Assembly: GCF_000020025.1 (NCBI RefSeq)
Contig: NC_010633.1
Span: 30,001-62,000, forward strand
Source: Nostoc punctiforme PCC 73102
GTDB lineage: Bacteria > Cyanobacteriota > Cyanobacteriia > Cyanobacteriales > Nostocaceae
Length of the DNA stretch: 32,000 nucleotides
Direction: 5' to 3'
The notes beneath the pieces were generated by a model. It searched no databases. It had not been told where the DNA came from and was given only the letters and a program-made list of their open reading frames with translations. Shown here one piece after another: positions 24,890 through 32,000 of this stretch. Within the stretch, counting starts at the first letter, position 1, and every line of letters begins with the position of its first letter. A program made the translations under genes and the position numbers.

Positions 24890-25707
24890 AACGTATCGTG
24901 ATGATACTGGGGGGCAAGGGTGGTACAGGTAAGACTGCCTTTACTCGCTTGCTATTGGATGTAATGCACAATAAAAGCATTAATTATCTAGCTTATGACG
25001 CAGATACAGAGAATCCAGAACTGTACGAGTACTATCAAAACTTTGGCTCAGGGGTAAGGCTGTTAAATTTCCTAGAAGTGGCAGAGGCGAAACGCTTCTT
25101 TACGGAAATCAAAGCCGAATCACCCGACTCAATAATAGTAGATATGCCGGGGGCATCAAGCAATAAAACTAGGGAGATTATCAGTAAGTTTGGGTTATTC
25201 AAGATTGCAGGGGATTTGGGTTATCGAGTAACGCTGGTGACTGTGCTTAACCTTGGGTACTCGGTAATAACCAGCTTAAAAACTATGGCTGAGTTCTGTG
25301 GCGATAAAGCAGATTATGTGGTGGTAAAAAATCTCTGCTGGGATAAAGGTTCAGGTTTTCAGCGCTGGGAGAATAGTAAAACGTCTGCAGCTATAGCCGA
25401 ACTAAAAGGCATAGAAATAGAAATGCCAGAGCTAGACTACTCGACCTTTGACACGTTGACAGAAAAAGGTCTACCTTACTCGGCTGCGACTGAAGAGAAT
25501 GGTTTTCCTTTTGGGGATTACCTACTAGTCAGTGGGTTTTTAGATCAGGCTAAACCAGAGCTTGAAAAAGCTGGGGCTTATCTGGGGTTACAACAACCAT
25601 CAGTTATACCAGATGCTTTAGAGAAGGCTACAACATCAAAACAGACAAAAGTTACTGCGTCTACTTCTCGTCGAGGTCAGAAGAAAACTAATGATCAACA
25701 ACAATAA
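24886..25707 (+). CDS. parA: ParA/MinD-family P-loop ATPase
   Basis: Deviant Walker A motif GGKGGTGKT at the N-terminus. 273 aa, with AGGAG upstream. It is translationally coupled to the ORFs on both sides. Confidence 0.88.
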   Translation: MKRIVMILGGKGGTGKTAFTRLLLDVMHNKSINYLAYDADTENPELYEYYQNFGSGVRLLNFLEVAEAKRFFTEIKAESPDSIIVDMPGASSNKTREIISKFGLFKIAGDLGYRVTLVTVLNLGYSVITSLKTMAEFCGDKADYVVVKNLCWDKGSGFQRWENSKTSAAIAELKGIEIEMPELDYSTFDTLTEKGLPYSAATEENGFPFGDYLLVSGFLDQAKPELEKAGAYLGLQQPSVIPDALEKATTSKQTKVTASTSRRGQKKTNDQQQ

Positions 25708-26434
25708 TGGCAACGGCAATCACAGCAATCCTCACTCTGAAACTGCCGATTCCGTAGAGAGCAGTGAACAGGGTGAGGTCAAGATAGCACTAGGCAGATT
25801 ATATAGAGAGTTTGAAAATTTTAAGCAATCACAAAAAACTGAACGCGAAAGAGATAGGGCGGAGTTACAAGCATGGGCGCAAACGAATTTAATTCAGAAT
25901 CAACTCCTCAGCAAAGCGATGGTGACAATCGAGATGCTAACGGGGGAGTTGAAGAATCAGAATCTCTGCTCGAACGAGTCCGAGCAGAGCAACGAGAATT
26001 TGAGGCAAGAATTAACTCCCTTACTGACGCAGTTAAAGAATATGCCCAAGTCCTCAGCGACATTAGAGAGCTTAGAGTTCAAAGGGCTGAAAAGCGAAGT
26101 ATTGCAGTTGAGGCAGAACTGGGACTCACTGTTGATTCACACGAAGAACTTGACTACGGTTATTCAGGAGTTGAAGAATACCCCTCCCCCCAAACCCATC
26201 ACCATAGAGAAAGAGGTTTATCGCGCTGAACCCATAAGTAAATATGGGACGATGGGGTTGTTTACTGCATTATTTACTTTGTTGATTTTCCTTGGATTCA
26301 ATCAATTTATTCCGGTAAATATCTCGAACGATATCGACATCTATTTGAGAGCAATTTTGCGGCGTACAGATTATAGTAATGCCAAGCTACAACGGGTAGA
26401 AAAGCGTTTGGGGACTGACCCAAATCGAAGATGA
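25691..26434 (+). CDS. Coiled-coil protein with a C-terminal transmembrane helix
   Basis: 247 aa. The ATG overlaps the parA 3' end by 17 nt. The central region is heptad-like and Q/E/L-rich. The TM segment is MGLFTALFTLLIFLGFNQFIPV. No family recognised. Confidence 0.6.
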   Translation: MINNNNGNGNHSNPHSETADSVESSEQGEVKIALGRLYREFENFKQSQKTERERDRAELQAWAQTNLIQNQLLSKAMVTIEMLTGELKNQNLCSNESEQSNENLRQELTPLLTQLKNMPKSSATLESLEFKGLKSEVLQLRQNWDSLLIHTKNLTTVIQELKNTPPPKPITIEKEVYRAEPISKYGTMGLFTALFTLLIFLGFNQFIPVNISNDIDIYLRAILRRTDYSNAKLQRVEKRLGTDPNRR

Positions 26435-26708
26435 AGGGCAATATATAGCGATTGGGGCAAACAGGCTTAAGGTAATACTTGCCCCAATCATACAAATAAT
26501 CAGAGATAAGAATCCACAAGTTTACCTTGAGTTGACCACTTCTCATCAAGAAGTCTACAAGCAACATAGACAACTTTTTGACTTCTTTACGCTTATGTTT
26601 TCCATTTATCCCCCAGCAACGGACAGTGAAATCACTTTGATAACCTAAAACAAGTGCAAGCTCATCATAAGTTAACTGCCATTTTTTCTTAAATTCTATT
26701 GGGTGCAT
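26307..26708 (-). CDS. Hypothetical small protein, HTH-like N-terminus
   Basis: 133-aa ATG ORF. The first ~60 aa look protein-like (KKKWQLTYDELALVLGYQSDFTVRCWG). The last ~42 codons run antisense through the 3' end of 25691..26434, so the true extent is uncertain. Confidence 0.35.
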   Translation of the reverse strand: MHPIEFKKKWQLTYDELALVLGYQSDFTVRCWGINGKHKRKEVKKLSMLLVDFLMRSGQLKVNLWILISDYLYDWGKYYLKPVCPNRYILPFIFDLGQSPNAFLPVVAWHYYNLYAAKLLSNRCRYRSRYLPE

Positions 26709-27027
26709 AAATTTAGATCCATTACTAGGATTCAGGCTTTTGATGTCTTGATGTCTTTGAACTAAGTGCTTTCTTAATGGCTTTTTGAGATTGCAGTAAG
26801 ATTAAAAAACGGTAAAGCCTAACTTCTCACTACCGTTCAATTGCTTGGATTCTATAAGTTGTGCAATCGCACACCTTAAATAGCGAACACTAGGTTTATC
26901 TTCGCCCCACTTCCGGCTATTTCTAATTGTTGCGGCTCGCAAACATAAACGCTCCGGCTTGCAAACAAGAAGATTGTTGGCTCAAATTAATTGCAAAAAG
27001 AAAAGGGCTTCGGCTTACATTATGGTT

Positions 27028-28822
27028 CTTGGCAACTTTTGATACTGCTGGCGAAATATTGCTTAACAAATAAGTTGGCTCCATCAAGAGTTATTTAGGA
27101 TCTAAAAAGCGATCGCTTGAGGTATGATTTGATGTCACTGAATCCACAACCGGGCTATACTGTACCAGCAGAAACGGCTAAAGTTGCCAAAGCTATTTTT
27201 ACGAAGGGTAACCTCTGCATCACGATGGCAGATCGCCTTGACTCCTTTGTGAGCGACCAAGATTTTAGTACATTGTTTTCTCACCAGGGACAACCTGGAG
27301 TATCACCGGTACGATTAGCTCTAGTCACAATCTTGCAGTACATTGAAGGACTCACAGATCGTCAAGCTGCTGATGCTGTGCGAAGCCGAATTGATTGGAA
27401 GTACCTCCTGTGTTTAGAGCTAACAGATAAAGGGTTTGACCACACTGTTTTGAGCGAATTTCGCACTCGCTTGATCGCTCAACAAGCTGAAAGTTTAGTG
27501 TTTGATCAACTCCTTAGCTGGTGTCAACAACAAGGCTGGCTGCAAGCAAGAGGTCGCCAACGGACAGACTCCACCCATGTTGTCGCAACTATTCGGGCAG
27601 TGACACGACTGGAGTGTGCTGGAGAAACGCTGCGGGCTGCATTGAATGCGCTGGCTGTTGTTGCACCTGCTTGGTTGCAAGCTCAAAGCCAGCCTGAATG
27701 GATAGAACGTTATAGCGAGCGCATGGAAGACTATCATCTACCGACTTCAAAAGCAGCGCGAGAGGAACAAGCTCATGTGTATGGCGAAGATGGAAAACAG
27801 CTGCTTGATGCAATCTTTGATGGTCATAGTCCAGAATGGTTACAACAGGTTCCAGCAGTCGAAACACTACGACGAGTATGGGTACAGCAATACTATGTAT
27901 GTAATAACGAGATTTATTGGCGAACAGAGCAAGGAATACCACCAGCTACATTAATGATTAGTTCACCCTATGATTTAGATGCTCATTATTCAAAAAAGAA
28001 TACAACATCATGGGTAGGATACAAAGTTCATTTGAGTGAGACTTGCGAACCTAATTCATTACATCTAATTACAAATGTTGAAACGACGGCGGCACCCATT
28101 GCTGATGGTGATGTAACTGAAGCAATCCATACTTCACTTGCTAACAAGGATTTGCTTCCCAGTAAGCATATCGTTGATACAGGATATCTAGATGCCGAAT
28201 TGTTGGTAACCGCTCAACAAGAGCATCAAGTTCAATTGCTGGGACCGACCCGCTCAGACCTACGCTGGCAATCCAAAGCAGGTAATGGATTTGCAGCGAG
28301 CGATTTTAAAGTTGATTGGCAACAAGAAGTTGCCATTTGCCCCGAAGGAAAGACGAGTACATCTTGGACACCTGCAATCGATGGTCGAAACAATGAAGTA
28401 ATTAAAATTAAGTTTGCACGAGCTGACTGCGCCAATTGCCCCAGCCTGCATCTGTGTACTCGTACCAAAGAAAAGCGACGGTTGGTTACACTTCGTCCAG
28501 AAGCACAGTACAAAGCATTGCAAGCTGCACGAAAACAAGCAATGACTGACGAGTATAAAGCAGACTATGCTCGACGGGCTGGAATTGAAGCTACTCTCTC
28601 TGAAAGCATTCGCGCTCATGGACTCCGCCATGCTCGATATATTGGATTAGCGAAAACTCATCTGCAACATTTGATGACAGCAACAGCAATTAACTTCAAG
28701 CGCATATTTCACTGGCTGTCCGGTATTCCACAAGCTACCACGCGAACTTCGCAATTTGCAAAGCTTATGGCTCAGTCGGTAGGTTAAGCAATATTTCGCC
28801 AGCAGTATCAAAAGTTGCCAAG
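27028..28822 (+). mobile_element. Insertion sequence (IS1182/IS5-like) with perfect 40-bp terminal inverted repeats
   Basis: The left repeat is CTTGGCAACTTTTGATACTGCTGGCGAAATATTGCTTAAC at 27028-27067. Its exact reverse complement lies at 28783-28822. Imperfect complementarity may extend ~12 bp further out (27016 / 28834). The element has a single transposase ORF, and I saw no clear target-site duplication. Confidence 0.85.
27132..28787 (+). CDS. DDE transposase (IS1182/IS5-like)
   Basis: The ORF-track start at 27117 is TTG, and the first in-frame ATG is at 27132. The N-terminal block GQPGVSPVRLALVTILQYIEGLTDRQAADAVRSRIDWKYLL is typical of IS5/IS1182-group transposases. The C-terminus contains RRAGIEATLSE...GLRHARYIGLAKTHLQ. 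The stop lies inside the right inverted repeat. Confidence 0.85.
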   Translation: MSLNPQPGYTVPAETAKVAKAIFTKGNLCITMADRLDSFVSDQDFSTLFSHQGQPGVSPVRLALVTILQYIEGLTDRQAADAVRSRIDWKYLLCLELTDKGFDHTVLSEFRTRLIAQQAESLVFDQLLSWCQQQGWLQARGRQRTDSTHVVATIRAVTRLECAGETLRAALNALAVVAPAWLQAQSQPEWIERYSERMEDYHLPTSKAAREEQAHVYGEDGKQLLDAIFDGHSPEWLQQVPAVETLRRVWVQQYYVCNNEIYWRTEQGIPPATLMISSPYDLDAHYSKKNTTSWVGYKVHLSETCEPNSLHLITNVETTAAPIADGDVTEAIHTSLANKDLLPSKHIVDTGYLDAELLVTAQQEHQVQLLGPTRSDLRWQSKAGNGFAASDFKVDWQQEVAICPEGKTSTSWTPAIDGRNNEVIKIKFARADCANCPSLHLCTRTKEKRRLVTLRPEAQYKALQAARKQAMTDEYKADYARRAGIEATLSESIRAHGLRHARYIGLAKTHLQHLMTATAINFKRIFHWLSGIPQATTRTSQFAKLMAQSVG

Positions 28823-28837
28823 ACCCAGAATGTGGTT

Positions 28838-29848
28838 TCAAAATCGCCTTGTTTGCAGTTTTATCGCTGGATGTTTGCAGTTCGCTACATCTATATTAAT
28901 GATGTGACCGTGGCCCTTCCATCTGCTCTGATGAGTGCGATCGCAATCTAACCCCAACTCCCAAGCCACATCCTCTAAGGGCAAGTCGCGCAGTTGTTGA
29001 GTTTGAGATTCTAACAATTGCACCCGTTTTTCTAATTGCTGTCGCTCCTTCTCGCTAGCCCTAGCCCGTTGTTCTGCCCTCTCCAATCGTTCTATCAAGA
29101 ACTTGCGGTCAGCCAGTTGGTGGTTAATCGCTTGGAAGTGTTCATCTGACTGAATCCTGTCTACATAACTCCTAGCTGATTCAAACGGTGTGGGTGCTAA
29201 TTGGTTATTTGTAATGACTGCGGTGAGTGGTTCACTGTTAACCGCTTGGTAATATTCTTTGACTTTAGTGTGGGTTGCCTTACTGCCCTTGACCCCTCGT
29301 TCAATGCCCAAAGGAGCGAGTGCAGCAGCATAACTATCTTGGAGTTTGGATAACTTAATTCTTCCCTGTCCACCTCTACCGCCAAACATCGCGTCATGAC
29401 TGACTCTCCCGGTTTTTTCATTCAGTGGCACGATGTAAGCGTGGATGTGTGGGGTACTTTCATCTAGGTGAAGTTCTGCCCTGACGCACTTTAACCCATA
29501 GTTTTCAACTAGCCAGTCACGAGATGCGATTGCCCACTGCTGCATCCTCTCATCAGACCACTGCCCCGAAAGAGATGGATCACCAGGGCGGAAATATTCA
29601 GGTGATGCCGAGAGAAACATTTCGGTGCATAACACCGCATCATGCCGTGGGCGATGCTTGAGCGTAGAGATTTTTTCTTTAACTATCTCTTCGAGTGCGC
29701 GGTCGTCTTCTCCCCCAATCAACCGGACATTCTCTCTAGTTGGATCTGCGTTGGGTGTTTCTCTATTCCTGGTAACATGGTCATCACTCCCGGCAACGTT
29801 GCCGAATGTTTTTAGTTTCTCAATCCTGAGAATTGTTAGTGGCGACAT
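28838..29848 (-). CDS. MOBV-type relaxase (Mob/Pre plasmid recombination enzyme family), possibly 3'-truncated
   Basis: The HxDE..PHxH motif is present (HLDESTPHIHAYIVP). The N-terminus ILRIEKLKTFGNVAGSDDHVTR and a central coiled coil are also typical. The ORF stops 16 bp from the IS right end. Confidence 0.85.
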   Translation of the reverse strand: MSPLTILRIEKLKTFGNVAGSDDHVTRNRETPNADPTRENVRLIGGEDDRALEEIVKEKISTLKHRPRHDAVLCTEMFLSASPEYFRPGDPSLSGQWSDERMQQWAIASRDWLVENYGLKCVRAELHLDESTPHIHAYIVPLNEKTGRVSHDAMFGGRGGQGRIKLSKLQDSYAAALAPLGIERGVKGSKATHTKVKEYYQAVNSEPLTAVITNNQLAPTPFESARSYVDRIQSDEHFQAINHQLADRKFLIERLERAEQRARASEKERQQLEKRVQLLESQTQQLRDLPLEDVAWELGLDCDRTHQSRWKGHGHIINIDVANCKHPAIKLQTRRF

Positions 29849-29910
29849 AAAGATTTATGCTACAAATGCAGTGCAAGTGTAGTACGAAAAAACCCCTTTG
29901 GGCGAACGGC

Positions 29911-29967
29911 GGTTTCATGTCACGAGCGCAGCGAGAGATGGCGCAGCCACCCGCAGGGCATGAAACC
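29911..29967. promoter_or_regulatory. Long-loop hairpin 63 bp upstream of the MOBV relaxase; candidate oriT element
   Basis: GGTTTCATG (29911-29919) pairs with CATGAAACC (29959-29967). The 39-nt loop carries ATGGCGCAGCCACCCGCAGG, which resembles the loop of the 23884-23944 hairpin. Confidence 0.4.
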
Positions 29968-30205
29968 ATAGTGAGTATGTATGGTATCACTTCTACAAAA
30001 CCCTAAAATCCACTTTTGGGGGAGAAATCGCCCTTACTGCCTGGTGCGAAAATACGCCCAAAACTACCTCTAGGGGGTATAACGACAGTCGTTTGGTACA
30101 GTAAAGGGGTACTTAGGGGTAGTTTACGGCGCATTTTGACAGTCATCGAAATTTGGTATCAATCAATACAATGGCTCACTTATAAACTCCTATAATTCGG
30201 TAGGA

Positions 30206-30481
30206 ATGCAGGACATGGAGCAACCTAATTTGGAAGTGCTTTCGATTAAGCGCAGTCACGACAGTAGCGATGGCCAGTTGCTGCAATTTTTACGAGAGCG
30301 AGAGCGTAAAATGTCGGGCAGAGGTTTGACTAAAATTGTTTTGAGTACTTTGAGAATGTGTTGGGGGCCTTTTGTCATGAAGCGTATTGGTGCTGACAGC
30401 GACACTCTCAAGATTGCTGTGATTTACTCTATCTCACAGTTGGAATTACAGATTCGCTTGCTCAAGCAATTACTTGAGTAG
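30206..30481 (+). CDS. Hypothetical 91-aa protein
   Basis: ATG ORF with TATAAT (30191-30196) just upstream. No recognisable domain, and coding status is uncertain. Confidence 0.4.
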   Translation: MQDMEQPNLEVLSIKRSHDSSDGQLLQFLRERERKMSGRGLTKIVLSTLRMCWGPFVMKRIGADSDTLKIAVIYSISQLELQIRLLKQLLE

Positions 30482-30679
30482 ACACTTGCTTTGATCGTGA
30501 GAGCGATTTGCAGTCTATCTCGAATGCTGGGTTGGCAAGTTGAAGTTAGGGAGAGGGATTTTTGAAGTATAAGTGCAACACAGCCGTAATATAGAAACCC
30601 CGCCCGAAATTGGGCGAAAAAGTAGCTCCAAGCTAGTGGCAACAAGGATTATAGGCTTTTTGATGAGAAATAGCAGATG

Positions 30680-30807
30680 CTTTTGGCTTAGTGCAGACTA
30701 AGCTCAGGCTTAGTCTACAACAACTTTTTTGAATGACTTACTGAAATTACTCAAATCCTAGAATTAGTCTAGGCTTAGTCTACGACTATCCTGGACTAAG
30801 CCAAAAG
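30680..30807. repeat. Cluster of TTAGTCTA / TAGACTAA motifs bracketed by a 13-bp inverted repeat
   Basis: CTTTTGGCTTAGT (30680-30692) pairs with ACTAAGCCAAAAG (30795-30807). GGCTTAGTCTAC occurs at 30707-30718 and 30772-30783. TTAGTCTA is at 30764-30771, and AGACTAAG lies in inverse orientation at 30695-30702. Weaker copies extend to ~30867. Confidence 0.6.
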
Positions 30808-31152
30808 AAATTGTGATTGGATATACAATTTGGTGATTTCAAGACCACTAATTGCATAGACTTAGTGGTGATTATAAATGTGTAGCTAGTGTCCACTGAT
30901 AATGACCAAACCTGGGATGAGGACACTGACGGTTTGATCGATTTAGAACTGTCATCGGAAATGAAACAGAAATACAAGCTGTTTGGTGTCGAGTAGTAGT
31001 TGAGAAAAAGCTCATTTCTTCAATTGCCTTGGACATTTCCTCTCTCCACCCCTGAACCCCCCCCGCAATACGGGGTAAATATAGCGAAGCTGTCACCAGG
31101 GGCAAGATAGGCTGAAAGTATTGTGGAGTCTGGGTTTGAGAAAAAGAGTTGA

Positions 31153-31620
31153 TTATTGGATTTTAGCGGTTTTGACAGGCGTTTTATAAGCACAGCCACA
31201 AATTGGACAAAATCGGTGTCTCAAAGACAACACCAACTCACCGCAATTCGCACAGTTAGCTCGAATCGGTGTACCGCAGAGATAACAAAACTTGGCTTTG
31301 ATATGACTCCACATAGGGTCAACCGCCGCGCCAGGATTCCAACATTGGGGACAAAACTTAACCCCTCTAACCTGAGATACTTCCTCACCCTTGATCACAG
31401 CATCAAAATATTCTTGAGGTACGCCAAGTGCGATCGCTAACCCTTGAAGTGTCCTACGATTAATTTTAAGCGTAAGTCCTCGCTCGATTTTCCCGACAGA
31501 GCGTCCATGTATACCAGCAGCATCCGCCAACTCAGACTGAGTTAAATTGAGTTTCTTCCTGACCCGTGACACGTAACTAGCAAGGGATTCATCGCTATTG
31601 GGAGTTTTAAAAGTATCCAT
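31153..31620 (-). CDS. XRE-family HTH regulator fused to a C-terminal double zinc ribbon
   Basis: The HTH segment is LTQSELADAAGIHGRSVGKIERG. The C-terminus has CPQC...CYLC...CANC...CPIC, i.e. four CxxC pairs. Confidence 0.8.
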   Translation of the reverse strand: MDTFKTPNSDESLASYVSRVRKKLNLTQSELADAAGIHGRSVGKIERGLTLKINRRTLQGLAIALGVPQEYFDAVIKGEEVSQVRGVKFCPQCWNPGAAVDPMWSHIKAKFCYLCGTPIRANCANCGELVLSLRHRFCPICGCAYKTPVKTAKIQ

Positions 31621-31697
31621 AAAAAGCTCAGGGCTAACTCATAAAAAGATATATAATTTATCAATAAAAAACCAAGCGAGAGAATACAGAAACAACC

Positions 31698-32000
31698 GTG
31701 AAATCGGCTGTAACTTTAGCCACTGTCACGACCGAATTTCTAGAGCGTCCTGGTCTAGCACCAAGTACTAGAGAAACCTATGAACTGACCCTCGGACTTT
31801 TACTGCAAAAGTATGGAAGTTGGTCAATAGAAATTATCAGTAAGCAAACATTAGTTGAGTATCTAAATAATCTCAGTCATTTAAAATACACAACACACCA
31901 CAAGCATCAAGCAATATTACAAAGTTTGCTTAACTTTGCAGTAGAACAAGGGTATATAAAATCCAACCCTATCCGGGGACTAAAACAACGTCTACCTGAA
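31698..32000 (+). CDS. Tyrosine recombinase, 5' part only (runs off the window)
   Basis: The frame is open from GTG at 31698 to the end of the window (101 codons). The translation ...FLERPGLAPSTRETYELTLGLLLQKYGSWSIEIISKQTLVEYLNNL...HKHQAILQSLLNFAVEQGYIKSNPIRGLK looks like an integrase N-terminal SAM-like core-binding domain. The gene is divergent from the XRE regulator. Confidence 0.65.
   Translation, partial: MKSAVTLATVTTEFLERPGLAPSTRETYELTLGLLLQKYGSWSIEIISKQTLVEYLNNLSHLKYTTHHKHQAILQSLLNFAVEQGYIKSNPIRGLKQRLPE

Noticed and set aside
30786-30793. TATCCTGG inside the motif cluster, which resembles the RP4-type nick consensus YATCCTG|Y.
   Set aside because: It is a 7-mer match only, the following base is G rather than a pyrimidine, and it is not adjacent to either relaxase gene's upstream hairpin. 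It is probably coincidental.
30786-31105. Two minus-strand ORFs (63 and 77 aa) between the motif cluster and the XRE gene. Related ORFs are 30424..30645 and 819..1022.
   Set aside because: They are short, overlapping and without ribosome-binding sites, with peptide composition that is not protein-like. They lie in regions better described as regulatory or repeat DNA.
1-32000. Search for CRISPR arrays, tRNA/rRNA genes and reverse transcriptase (retron/DGR) signatures.
   Set aside because: I saw no regularly spaced 25-40-bp repeats with unique spacers. No cloverleaf-like or rRNA-like segments stood out in the intergenic regions, and no YxDD-type RT ORF is present. I could not run a tRNA or covariance scan, so small RNAs cannot be fully excluded.

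Overview
All calls come from reading the sequence and from remembered motifs. No database search was run, so every family name is a hypothesis.

The window looks like a cyanobacterial plasmid or accessory region, probably from a heterocystous Nostocales-type host. Three things support that: many HIP1 octamers (GCGATCGC), STRR-like heptamer runs, and a PEP-CTERM protein.

Contents from left to right:
- A replication module at 1140-4387. A small zinc-ribbon ORF is translationally coupled to a 1002-aa Toprim primase / P4-D5-type SF3 helicase. The 3' part of that gene carries two oppositely oriented arrays of the 9-mer ACCCGCCCC around an AT-rich spacer, which is a candidate origin.
- Secreted cargo genes: a signal-peptide protein and a six-repeat NHL-like PEP-CTERM protein.
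- A 5'-truncated family-5 ABC substrate-binding gene that abuts a FimB/FimE-sized tyrosine recombinase.
- A mosaic island at 8.0-12.2 kb. The last ~104 bp of the recombinase gene occurs twice in direct orientation, and each copy is followed by a strongly AT-rich orphan gene: a 349-aa protein with no recognisable domain, and a 328-aa HNH-finger protein. This is my best candidate for an undescribed (defence-like) cargo system.
- An SRPBCC protein, a Zn-alcohol dehydrogenase, and an internally deleted dehydrogenase paralogue.
- A MITE-like element.
- A 1297-aa GAF/PAS hybrid histidine kinase.
- A MobC + MobA/VirD2-type relaxase module. It is divergent from a three-gene translationally coupled ParA-like operon, across a hairpin-rich GC block.
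- An IS (IS1182/IS5-like) with perfect 40-bp terminal inverted repeats.
- A second relaxase of the MOBV/Pre type.
- A cluster of TTAGTCTA motifs.
- An XRE regulator fused to a zinc ribbon, and the 5' end of another tyrosine recombinase.

I saw no rRNA, tRNA or CRISPR array.
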